Assembly: GCA_963719515.1 (NCBI GenBank)
Contig: CAVRCJ010000003.1
Location: forward strand, 1-64,000
Reading direction: 5' to 3'
Source: an uncultured cyanobacterium
Lineage (GTDB): Bacteria > Cyanobacteriota > Cyanobacteriia > CAKZMO01
DNA length: 64,000 nucleotides
Shown: one piece after another, positions 50,666 through 60,075 of the stretch
Numbering within the stretch: the first letter of the stretch is position 1
Layout: the number at the start of each line of letters is the position of its first letter
The notes under the pieces: model-generated
Database searches by the model: none
The model's input: the letters and a program-made list of their open reading frames with translations, nothing else
What the model was told of the DNA's origin: nothing
Made by a program: the position numbers and the translations under genes

Positions 50666-51862
50666 ATGAAAGTCACTTATCAGTACAAGTTGCGTCCAGC
50701 GGCTGAGCAAACGGTTACCATGACCCGATGGCTAGACATGCTTCGGGCACAGTACAACTGGTTGCTGGCTGAGCGATTCGACTGGTGGGAGATGAACCGC
50801 TGTTCGGTCAACGCCTGCCCACTCACCTGTAGCCTTGCGCCACTCAAAGATAATCCTAATTACTACAGCCAGAAGGCTAGCCTAGTACCTCTCAAGCGAG
50901 AGCGACCCTGGTACAAAGATTTGCACTCACAAGCGCTTCAGGAGGTGACGAAGCAGGTAAAGCAGACGTTCGAGCGTTTCATCAAAGGTGATAAAAACGG
51001 TAAGCGTAGCGGCAAGCCTCGGTTCAAAGGCGCGGGGCGCTACAGGACGTTCACGTTCCCGCAGATGAAACCTGACTGCATCGATGGAAGTCGTATTACC
51101 CTGCCTAAGATTGGCCAGGTGAAGCTAATCCTTCATCGCCCGATACCTGATGGGTTTACTGTCAAAACCGCCAAGGTGACTCGCAAAGCAGATGGTTGGT
51201 ATGTGAGCCTGTTACTGGAAAACAATGCCGTTCCGATGCTTACTCCGGATGTCGATAGGGCTAAGTCTGTCGGTGTTGACGTTGGGCTGAAGGATTTCTT
51301 GGTTACCAGTGACGGTGAGAGCGTTCCTATCCCTCAGTTCTTTCGACGCTCAGAGCGGCAGCTATCCAAGCTGCAGCGGCAGCTATCGAGACAGAAGAAG
51401 GGCTCTAACCGCTGGCGTAAGCAGGTGAATCGTATCGCCAAACTACACCTAAAGATATCGCGTCAGCGTCGTGATTTCTTTTCTAAGGTGTGGGATTGGC
51501 TGTTTTCAAAGTACGATGTTGTCGCTCATGAAAAGCTCAACATCAAAGGACTTGCTCGAACCAGACTGGTAAAGTCAATCGCTGATGCCGCATGGGGTAC
51601 ATTCTTGGAGATAGGCTCTTTCAAAGCCGCGAAAGCTGGAAAGATGACCATCGCTGAGAACCCACGCGGAACCAGCATTGATTGCTCGGGTTGTGGTGAG
51701 CGGGTACCAAAGACGCTGGCCGATCGGGTCCATAGTTGCCCGTCATGCGGCTTAACGATCTGTCGCGACCACAACGCGGCTATCAACCTATTGAATAGGG
51801 CTGTGGGACATCAAGCCCTTAATCTCTCAGGAAATGTCTCAGCAGTAGCTGGGAGTCACTGA
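50666..51862 (+). CDS. tnpB: RNA-guided endonuclease TnpB
   Basis: YQYKLRP N-terminus, GKPRFK, RuvC-I GVDVG, RuvC-II HEKLN, Zn finger CSGC/CPSC, RuvC-III RDHNAA. Confidence 0.95.
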   Translation: MKVTYQYKLRPAAEQTVTMTRWLDMLRAQYNWLLAERFDWWEMNRCSVNACPLTCSLAPLKDNPNYYSQKASLVPLKRERPWYKDLHSQALQEVTKQVKQTFERFIKGDKNGKRSGKPRFKGAGRYRTFTFPQMKPDCIDGSRITLPKIGQVKLILHRPIPDGFTVKTAKVTRKADGWYVSLLLENNAVPMLTPDVDRAKSVGVDVGLKDFLVTSDGESVPIPQFFRRSERQLSKLQRQLSRQKKGSNRWRKQVNRIAKLHLKISRQRRDFFSKVWDWLFSKYDVVAHEKLNIKGLARTRLVKSIADAAWGTFLEIGSFKAAKAGKMTIAENPRGTSIDCSGCGERVPKTLADRVHSCPSCGLTICRDHNAAINLLNRAVGHQALNLSGNVSAVAGSH

Positions 51863-51940
51863 GGAAGCCCGCGCTGTATGCGTAGCATCAGCGTCGGGAG
51901 GATGTCACGCGCTAACCCAGATCTAAGCGGAACCAGTCCT

Positions 51941-52357
51941 ATGCCACTCCACAAGCGTAAAGAGCCCGCCATCCCGACGGTAAATCTCATTCCGATGCTC
52001 AACGTTATGCTGGGCATTCTGGCATTTTTTGTGTTGATTACCATGTCGCTGACCCTGCCCACGGGCTTAGAGGTCCAGCTTCCCGCCCGCTCAGACTCGC
52101 CGTCCCCCGCCGCTCCTGAAGACGGCGAGCCTCCTCTAATCGTCACGCTAGAAGCAGAGGACCGGATTTTGATTAAAGAGACCCGGCTCTCTCAAGAGGA
52201 GGCTAGGGCGCAGGTGCAGCAGTACCTGGCTGGCAGTGAAGAGCGACTGGTCTACATCAAGGCAGAACCAGAGGCGGCCTACTTAGATGTAGTTCAGTTC
52301 GTGCTGCAGATGAAGGAAGCAGGAGGCGATCGCGTTTCCCTGGCTATTGAGGAGTAA
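51941..52357 (+). CDS. exbD: ExbD/TolR family protein
   Basis: NLIPMLNVMLGILAFF, IKAE; Asn in place of the usual TM Asp. Confidence 0.85.
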   Translation: MPLHKRKEPAIPTVNLIPMLNVMLGILAFFVLITMSLTLPTGLEVQLPARSDSPSPAAPEDGEPPLIVTLEAEDRILIKETRLSQEEARAQVQQYLAGSEERLVYIKAEPEAAYLDVVQFVLQMKEAGGDRVSLAIEE

Positions 52358-52428
52358 GCGCAGGGGATTGGTCGGGGCGCAGCCTGCCGTGCCCCCCAGC
52401 AGCAGAAAGTTCTTAAAGGGTAAATGTT

Positions 52429-52830
52429 ATGGGCTTCAGGCAAAATAGACCCCCAGAGGTTCCCGAGGTAAACCTGGTGCCCATGATGGACGTGCTGATG
52501 TCTGTCCTGACATTCTTCATCATCATCTCGATGAATCTAACCAGCGAGGATATTCGCTCAGTTGAGCTGCCGACAGTCAGCGGTAGAGGCGAAGAAGATA
52601 CCGGCGCTCCTTTTGTAGTCGGTCTAGATGCCGACGGTCGAATTTTACGGGTTGATGAAGTTGTCAGTGAAGCAGAACTTAGCGAGAGCTTGGGGGCGTA
52701 TTTGGCGGAAAATCCGGAAGGCTACGTTCGCCTCAAGGCTGACCGTGACCTGGACTACGCGGATATTTCGCAGCTGTTGCTCACGATTCGCGACATCGGG
52801 GGGGGCCGCGTGTCGCTAGCGGTGGAATAG
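52429..52830 (+). CDS. exbD: ExbD/TolR family protein
   Basis: NLVPMMDVLMSVLTFF, LKADR. Confidence 0.9.
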   Translation: MGFRQNRPPEVPEVNLVPMMDVLMSVLTFFIIISMNLTSEDIRSVELPTVSGRGEEDTGAPFVVGLDADGRILRVDEVVSEAELSESLGAYLAENPEGYVRLKADRDLDYADISQLLLTIRDIGGGRVSLAVE

Positions 52831-52848
52831 GACTTTACAAACGAGCCG

Positions 52849-54086
52849 CTAGGTAAACTGCTGGTCAACCCAGGGCAGGTTGAAAATTTCTCGATACAGC
52901 GGATTGGCGACCCACAGCTCTCTCCTCGCGGTAGGTGACCAAGCCCAGAGAGCAGCAGCTCGCTCTGCTCAACGCTGCCGTCGGCGGCAACCGTGCCGCA
53001 GCTCAGAATGGCTCGGTAAATCTCGAGCGGACCGCTACGGTGCTCGAACTTCAAAAGGCGATCGCTAATCGTCTTGAAATGGGTAGGTTCGTCGTAGTGC
53101 TCCCAGTGAGAGATAAAATCGTGTCTAACCAGGTGGTCAACCCAGTGGGCGGCCCACAAGTCATCGCGGCGGTAGGAGCTCAGCCAGGGATCTAGGTATT
53201 GGTGGTTCTGACCCAAAACGCGGTCTTGCTCGGTGACGTCAGTCTGATCTTCTAGCTGACGGGCTAGGTGATTAGCGCTAGCAACGAGAAGCTGACATAG
53301 CTTCTGTGTCAAAAAGGGCTGACCGTTGGTCCAAAACAAAATTGTCTGCAGGGCCGCATCGGCATCGGGCACAATTCGCCTGAGGCCAGTCAGCAGCGGC
53401 TGCACCTCACCCCAGCTAAACCCCCGCATCTGAATTGCCTTGCCAAAATTGAAGGGAGAGTGCCCCGAGTCGCCCATCAGTGCGTCAGGCGTTGCTACCC
53501 CCAGCATCGCAAACGTCAACTGTCGGTAGGCAGGCTGCTCCGCTCTGCGTTCGTAGCACGAGTGGACAAAGGCAAAAAATTCGTCAACGGGAAATGACAG
53601 CCCCAGCACGCTGTCGATTTCGTCTAAAAAAATTGTGATGGGCTGCTGGACATGGGCGAGGAGTACGGTGGTGAAGAACTCGTCTAGCCGCTCAATCAAA
53701 GAGAGGTGATGGCGATCGCGCCACCAAGAGGCCAGCTTCACCGGCAGATCGAAGCTATTGATCAAGCACCGCAGCAGGCTGGCGTACCACTGTTCAGTCG
53801 TCAACCCATAGCTGCCCACGGCGGTCAGATCGACAACCCCACAGACTACACCGGCCTGGTGCAAGCGCTGCGTCGTTTTGACCCGCAGTGACGATTTTCC
53901 CATTTGGCGCGTTGTCAACACGTAGCAAAATTCGCCTGCCACAAGTGCGTTATAGACCTCATGGTCCGCGCTGCGGTAAACGTAGCTCGGAGAGTCAACG
54001 GGCAGGCTGCCGCCAACCTGATAGAGTTCTGGCCGGTAGGGCGATTGCTTAGCTACAGCCTCTTCACCCGGAATCTCCTCACCCAT
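52849..54086 (-). CDS. AAA-like (AAA_35/STAND-type) ATPase with two apparent +1 frameshifts near the 3' end
   Basis: YQVGGSL, RQMGKSS, FLDEID, WTNGQPFLTQKLC; expected C-terminus VTYRE / ELWVANPLYREIFNLPWVDQQFT* lies in shifted frames at about 52946-52849. Confidence 0.8.
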
Positions 54087-55608
54087 GCTCGTTGTTTGCA
54101 GTCGGCACGACCTCATCTGTTGCGACAGGCTCCGGGGTTGTCACAGGCTCCGGGCCAGGTTCTTCAAACTCAAGCCACCGGGAAAATCGGTTGCGGAAGA
54201 ACTCGCGGTAGAGCCCACAGCTGGGAACAGCGCCCTGTGTGGTCGGGGTGACAAACCCTAGACTATGCAGCTCAGAGGTAGTCCGGTAGTTGAGCGCCAC
54301 CGGGCTGAGGGACTGGACTACGCCAGCGTAGGCGGTGAGCAGGTCAGGGCGCCTTTGGAGGCGTTGCCACTGCTGATTGAGGTGGTCAGTGTAGACGCTG
54401 GTGTCTTCGGTGCCTGCCTTGAGAATGCCATTGAGGCTGATGTCTCCGTGGGCCAGATGATAGAGCGCTAGCCGGAGTCGATAGGGATTTCCCCCTAAAT
54501 AGGCCAGCAGCGAGATTAGGCGCTCGTTGCTGCCGCTTTGGAGCCACTCTAGTCCATGACGCTTGACCAAGTATTGAAGCTGAGGTAACTCAAAGTTCGG
54601 CAGCTCTACCGACAGGCCAACGTTGAACGGAGACTGGTGGATGTTTAAGGGCAGTGCAGCATCTGTAGAGTGAACGATGATCAGCCGCAGGCGCTGCCAG
54701 TTCTCGCTACTGCTGATGCCATAGCGCGATCGCTCGTACCACGCCCGCAGCAGACCTAGGAAGTTTGAGGCCACTGTGGGATAGTCGAACAGAATATCGA
54801 CGTCGTCTATGGCAAGCACTAGGGGCGTCTGGATTTCGGTTAAAAGGTAGCGCTCGAAGTAGTCGGTACTATCGGCCAGAGGACTACAGATTTCGTCCTG
54901 GTAGTCGCTGAAGCGGTTAGGAAGCCCGAGCTGCCGGGTCACCATCGTGCAAAAGCAGCCTAAAAATGCGTCGATGCTGTCGAGGAACTCATGGCCAATT
55001 TGACGCATGTTTAGCGCCACCGTCGCAAACTCTGCCTGTTGCGCTTGGTAGAGTAACCTCGCCATCAGCGATGTCTTGCCAACCTGTTTGGTTCCTTTGA
55101 TGCGCAGCAGCGCCCCGGGTTGATGAATTGCAGCGTAGCAGCGAGTCTCAATCGCCTCACGCTCTACGTATAGCTTGGAGCCCAGCGGAACTTGACCCAT
55201 GGGCAGCTCTAGTTCAGCAGCCCGCAGGGGAGGTTGCCACTGATGACGATTGTCCGCGTTCTCCGGCTCCTGCAGCCTGATACGGGGCGGGACAGAGAAC
55301 GCGGGGTCGCTGGCCTCCTCCAGCCTTGTGACGTAGTGCCTGAAGCTCATCCGTAGATTGCTTTTGGTGACTTTTCTGCCAATAATTCGCGAGAGGGTCT
55401 GCCAAAGCTGGGACCCCGTAATGCGAATATAGTCCGTCGTGTAGCTGGAGTTCCCCGACATGTCCTGGTAGGTCTTCCCCAACCAGGCCTCCTTAAATAC
55501 GAGCTCTTGGATTGGCGTCAGCTGCCTGGGAGCAAGTAACTTGTCAACAAGAGCAACAGCGTCTTCGAGATTTGAAGCCAGGTCGGGTTCGATCGCCTTA
55601 TTTACCAT
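54079..55608 (-). CDS. AAA-like (AAA_35/STAND-type) ATPase with N-terminal helix-turn-helix-like domain
   Basis: WLGKTYQDM...GSQLWQTLS...KVTKSN N-domain; YVERE, KQVGKTSL, LAIDDVD, QSPFNVG, GGNPY. Confidence 0.88.
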   Translation of the reverse strand: MVNKAIEPDLASNLEDAVALVDKLLAPRQLTPIQELVFKEAWLGKTYQDMSGNSSYTTDYIRITGSQLWQTLSRIIGRKVTKSNLRMSFRHYVTRLEEASDPAFSVPPRIRLQEPENADNRHQWQPPLRAAELELPMGQVPLGSKLYVEREAIETRCYAAIHQPGALLRIKGTKQVGKTSLMARLLYQAQQAEFATVALNMRQIGHEFLDSIDAFLGCFCTMVTRQLGLPNRFSDYQDEICSPLADSTDYFERYLLTEIQTPLVLAIDDVDILFDYPTVASNFLGLLRAWYERSRYGISSSENWQRLRLIIVHSTDAALPLNIHQSPFNVGLSVELPNFELPQLQYLVKRHGLEWLQSGSNERLISLLAYLGGNPYRLRLALYHLAHGDISLNGILKAGTEDTSVYTDHLNQQWQRLQRRPDLLTAYAGVVQSLSPVALNYRTTSELHSLGFVTPTTQGAVPSCGLYREFFRNRFSRWLEFEEPGPEPVTTPEPVATDEVVPTANNEHG

Positions 55609-55775
55609 TTGAACTTAGTACAACTACGGCAGGACTTTCAGAGAGATTGTGCTAGATGTTGCTCGTAAGAATTGTTCGGCATTGCACCCGCTGGAGTGCA
55701 ACCTCGTCCCTAGCACCCTGTGAGAGAGGACGTTATTTTGTTGCTATTCTTACAACGCTAGCTTTTTTCGGCCAT

Positions 55776-55837
55776 CTTAACCCAAAAATAATTTCCAGAT
55801 AACCGCTTCATCATCACTTAACCATCAGCTCTTAACA
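55776..55837 (+). promoter_or_regulatory. Candidate Pho box (SphR/PhoB) upstream of pstS
   Basis: CTTAACC at 55776 and 55817, CTTCATC at 55806 (11 bp before 55817), CTTAACA at 55831; resembles PyTTAAPyPy repeats. Confidence 0.55.
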
Positions 55838-55915
55838 CTAATTCGGTAGGTTACAGCTGGCCTGTGTTCGCGCAGGCCGCTTGATTATGCGGTCCCTTAC
55901 CCTCGGAGAAAATTT

Positions 55916-56881
55916 ATGTTGGTCAATAAAGGTAGCAATACCCATAGCCGTGCCGTGCTTGCACTGGGTGCGATCGCGGCAGTTGCGGCGGTGGTCGGCG
56001 CGTCCACCGTTCCGGCGTCTGCGCAAGATGCAATCGTGCAAGTTGACGGTTCCAGCACCGTTTTTCCCATCACCGAAGCAATGGCTGAGGAATTCCAAGC
56101 TGATAACCCTGGAACTGCAGTTGTTGTCGGCGTTTCCGGCACCGGTGGTGGCTTCAAAAAGTTTTGCGCGGGCGAGACTGACATCTCAGGTGCATCTCGC
56201 CCCATCAAAGATAGTGAAAGAGAGCTTTGCGCTGAGGCCGGCATCAACTTTATAGAAGTTCCTGTTGCTTACGACGCGTTGACCGTTGTTATCAACCCTG
56301 AAAACGACTGGGCAACAACGATGACCACCGACCAGCTGCGCGCCATCTGGGAAGCTAGCGCTGAAGGTGAAATCACCAGCTGGAGTCAAGTTGACCCTAG
56401 CTTCCCAGATCAGGAGCTGGCGCTATATGCACCTGGAACTGACTCTGGCACGTTTGACTACTTCAACGAAGCCATCCTAGAGGACGACGCGGGTGAAGAG
56501 CTGGGTCACCGGGGGGATTACACCGCTAGCGAGGACGACAACATTCTCGTGCTAGGCGTTCAAGGGTCTCCGGGGGGGATTGCTTACTTCGGTCTTGCCT
56601 ACTACCTAGAGAACTCAGAGACCCTAAGCGCGGTCGGTATCGACAGTGGTGAAGGCCCTGTCTTCCCCTCTGCTGAGACCGTTGAGGCCGGAACCTACAC
56701 TCCCCTGTCTCGCCCTATCTTCATCTATGTCCGTGAGGACGCTCTAGAGAAGCCTGAAGTGGCTAACTTCGTTGAGTTCTATCTGACCCAAGAGAACATC
56801 GATACCCTCATCCCTGAGGTGGGGTATGTGCCTCTACCCAGCGAAATGTACGAAGAGGGCCGCGTCAGCGTGGGCCTATAG
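55916..56881 (+). CDS. pstS: Phosphate-binding periplasmic protein (PstS/SphX family)
   Basis: [43 protein letters not shown]. Confidence 0.95.
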   Translation: MLVNKGSNTHSRAVLALGAIAAVAAVVGASTVPASAQDAIVQVDGSSTVFPITEAMAEEFQADNPGTAVVVGVSGTGGGFKKFCAGETDISGASRPIKDSERELCAEAGINFIEVPVAYDALTVVINPENDWATTMTTDQLRAIWEASAEGEITSWSQVDPSFPDQELALYAPGTDSGTFDYFNEAILEDDAGEELGHRGDYTASEDDNILVLGVQGSPGGIAYFGLAYYLENSETLSAVGIDSGEGPVFPSAETVEAGTYTPLSRPIFIYVREDALEKPEVANFVEFYLTQENIDTLIPEVGYVPLPSEMYEEGRVSVGL

Positions 56882-57089
56882 GCTCGCTCGCTGATCGACT
56901 CGCTCCGTTGGCCATAGTCATCACTGCCGCGACGTTTGCCGTAGGGTAGGCTACCGGCAGCGCTGACTCAAACCACTCGGCTAGCTGGTTTGCTGCGCGA
57001 GCGCACATCTGATGAGGAACAATCTCACAATGTGCGCTTTCCGCATGGTATCCCGTTCACCTGTACGCTCGAACGCTTCTACAAACGCC

Positions 57090-57927
57090 ATGACTCAGTC
57101 CTCTACGCGCTCCGACCAGCGTCCTTTGTGGCGGCGAGCATTGTTTCACCCCATGCTTTACGCTTCTATTGTTTTGCACGGGCTGTTTTTCGCCATTCCT
57201 GGGGCATCGGAAGAGGAGGTTCCAGAAGAGCTAGTGGAGGAGCAGAAAATCGAAATCACCATGCTGTCGCCGATTGTTGAAGCTGAGCCCGAGCCAGAAC
57301 CCATTCCCCCCGCACCGCCGCCCCGACAGGCCCCTCCCCAGCCGGCCCCACAAGCCGCTGCGCCACCGCCCGCCCCACAGCCAGCCCCGCAGCCGCAAGC
57401 GCCGCCCCCCAACCCTCAGGCTGAAGCCCGAGCCGCCCGAGCCCCTGCAGCCGCCCGTGCAGTCTGAGGCGATCGCTCCCCCACCAGAAGCCCAACCCGC
57501 ACCCTATGACCCCACCCGCGATCGCTCAACGATTGCCGGCAACCTTACCAACGTCCAGGGTTATCTCGCGGCTCAGGCGGCTCAACTGCCCCTATTCCTT
57601 GAATCCTCAGCAGAAGCCTTGTTTTTGGAGAACGGCAATCCCAGATCGGGCATTGAGGGATTTGCCGTGCTGAACGACATCAAACTTCAGGGCGGCGGCG
57701 GCAATGCTGTCACAAACGCATTCGACCCGCAGGTCCATATTCCGCTTCAGCCCGAGATGACCGCAGATCGGCTGGACCAGGGCTATGGTGGCGGGCAGCT
57801 TTACGAGGTTAAAACCGCTGAAGGAGAGACCGTCTTTTTCGCCAACGCAGTTCCGTCTAAGTCTGGCGGCTCATCCACCGTCCTTTTTCTTTGGACCTAC
57901 AATCCCAACAGTCCTCCGAACTCTTGA
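57090..57927 (+). CDS. TonB-like membrane-anchored Pro-rich protein with an apparent +1 frameshift at about 57424-57427
   Basis: ASIVLHGL transmembrane segment (SxxxH), Pro/Glu-rich spacer continuing as PEPPEPLQPP in the next frame, then a globular C-terminal domain. Confidence 0.6.
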
Positions 57928-57968
57928 GTGTAGACATCGCCACCCGCCGCCGATGCTATGCTCGGGGC

Positions 57969-58916
57969 ATGCGAACCCTCTACCCCGAAATTCAACCCTA
58001 CGACACCGGCAGACTACAGGTGTCTCCTCGCCACACCCTCTACTATGAGCAGGTAGGCAATCCCGACGGCAAGCCCGCTGTTTTTCTGCACGGCGGCCCC
58101 GGCGGCGGCAGCATCCCCAACTATCGCCGCTATTTTGATCCCCAGCGCTGGCGCGTGGTCCTGTTTGACCAGCGCGGCTGTGGCCGCAGTACCCCCTACG
58201 CGGAGCTACAGGAGAACACCACCTGGGATCTGGTAGCCGATATCGAGGCGCTGCGATCGCATCTTGGCATAGACCGATGGGCCGTGTTTGGGGGCTCCTG
58301 GGGGAGCACCCTGGCTCTGGCCTACAGCCAAACCCATCCTGCCGTCTGCAGCGAACTAATTTTGCGAGGCATCTTTATGCTGCGGGCTAAGGAAATCCGC
58401 TGGTTTTATCAGGAGGGGGCGAGCTACATCTTTCCCGACGCTTGGGAGGACTATCTACAGCCCATTCCGCCCAACGAGCGCCACGACTTAGTTGCGGCAT
58501 ACCACAAACGGCTCACGTCCACCGACGCGGCCGTCCGCCGTAGAGCAGCCCAAGCCTGGGCCATATGGGAAGGAAGCACCAGCCACCTGATTCCCGCTGC
58601 CGATACAAAAACGCGATTTGGCAGGGAACAGTTTGCTGAGGCCTTCGCCCGTATTGAATGTCACTACTTTATCAATCGCGGTTTTCTTGACCAAGAAGAC
58701 CAGCTGCTGAAGAACGTCGAGCGCATCCGCCATATTCCCGGCGTCATCGTTCAGGGACGCTACGACGTGGTGTGCCCCATGGGAACGGCGTGGGAGCTAC
58801 ACCGCGTCTGGCCAGAGGCGGAGTTTGTGGTCGTTTCCAATGCGGGCCATTCAGCCTCTGAGGTGGGCATCGTCGATGCGCTGGTTCAGGCAACGGACAA
58901 ATTTTCTCAGACCTAG
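57969..58916 (+). CDS. pip: Proline iminopeptidase
   Basis: HGGPGGG, FDQRGCGRS, GGSWGS, GRYD, AGHS. Confidence 0.96.
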   Translation: MRTLYPEIQPYDTGRLQVSPRHTLYYEQVGNPDGKPAVFLHGGPGGGSIPNYRRYFDPQRWRVVLFDQRGCGRSTPYAELQENTTWDLVADIEALRSHLGIDRWAVFGGSWGSTLALAYSQTHPAVCSELILRGIFMLRAKEIRWFYQEGASYIFPDAWEDYLQPIPPNERHDLVAAYHKRLTSTDAAVRRRAAQAWAIWEGSTSHLIPAADTKTRFGREQFAEAFARIECHYFINRGFLDQEDQLLKNVERIRHIPGVIVQGRYDVVCPMGTAWELHRVWPEAEFVVVSNAGHSASEVGIVDALVQATDKFSQT

Positions 58917-59557
58917 AGCTCTTCAGAGCCACGGGACTTCGCCTTCGCCTTGGCTTTAGCTGCGCTCTTTTTCAGCGCCTGCAGCCGCGATTCGTAGCGC
59001 TTCCGCATCTTTTTCTTCGGCGTCTGCTCAATCAAAAACTTGAGGGCGCTGCCCAGGCTCTTATAAGCGTTGGGCAGCGTGTAGCCAAATCGCGTGGCCA
59101 GGGCGATCGCTTTTTCGTCGGCGGCGATCGCCTCTTCCTGAGTTTTGTACATGTTGTTGCGCTTGTAGAGCCGCCAGCCCGACACGCCGCACAGGGTCAG
59201 CGCCAGCAGCAGTAGCAGCCCATCTTGGACCCAAAGCTCTCCCACCGCGCCGCCAAGGCCGATGGCCAGCGCCGCCATCTCCCAGCCATCTCGAGGAATG
59301 GTGTCGTTTTGGATGCGGGCCACCTCGTGCCAAAACATCAGGTTGCGCTGGTCTAGAGCGAGCTGCTCCCAACGAACTAGGTCAATCTGAATTTCGACCT
59401 GGTCGCGGCTCAGCTCCTCGCAGGTGATCAGCGGCGGATTGACCGCCGTCGTGCTCTCGATGGTCACCCAGCTTTTCAGCTCGGGCGGCAGCAGCGTCTT
59501 GAGACGCCGCAGTTCGGTTAGGTCTGACCGGACGGTGGAGGTGGCAAAGGAGGTCAT
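58913..59557 (-). CDS. DUF3318 family protein
   Basis: ELRRLKTLLPPEL, DQRNLMFWHEV, GWEMAALAIGLGG. Confidence 0.85.
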   Translation of the reverse strand: MTSFATSTVRSDLTELRRLKTLLPPELKSWVTIESTTAVNPPLITCEELSRDQVEIQIDLVRWEQLALDQRNLMFWHEVARIQNDTIPRDGWEMAALAIGLGGAVGELWVQDGLLLLLALTLCGVSGWRLYKRNNMYKTQEEAIAADEKAIALATRFGYTLPNAYKSLGSALKFLIEQTPKKKMRKRYESRLQALKKSAAKAKAKAKSRGSEEL

Positions 59558-60075
59558 CGGCGAAGCCCTCAGCAATTTTGACAGAAACAGCAGGTCTATT
59601 TTCTATACTAGCTCACGACTAAGCTTCGCCTAGGGTGAGACGTAGGTGCCAGTCGCAACATAGGTCCAAGGGCTGAAGCGATCGCAGGAGACAACCTTTG
59701 GGGTGTGACGTCAGTGCTGGCGGGCCTCTGCAGCGCCTCCCGCTGCCGGAGGTCCGTCTTGCTGGTGTTGTCCCCAAATCTATGCCAGTTGCGCAACTAG
59801 GCTGTAAGGCCCACCCTTTCACCGCTCTAGGCATTTTGATGATAACTGTGGAGCTGCACCTGCGGCAACGCACCTATTCTCTAGCCGGCAGGCCCCTGTT
59901 ACTGATCGCAACGCTCAGCTATAGTACAAATAAACCATCAACCATTTTGCAAGCCTACGTCAGTCTATGCACTGCGGCTCGGCAATGGTCAATGATTTTA
60001 GAACTAATGGCTGATATCGCACTATATTGTTGCGACGCATCATCACAGTGGGAAGTCATCAGCAGAGGCTAGACA

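Larger units (their letters stand above)
50426..51908 (+). mobile_element. IS200/IS605-family element (IS1341-like, no tnpA)
   Basis: Target TTAG ends at 50425; AAGC + hairpin 50442-50473; tnpB; GAAG + hairpin 51868-51898; right end TCAC at 51905-51908. Confidence 0.92.
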
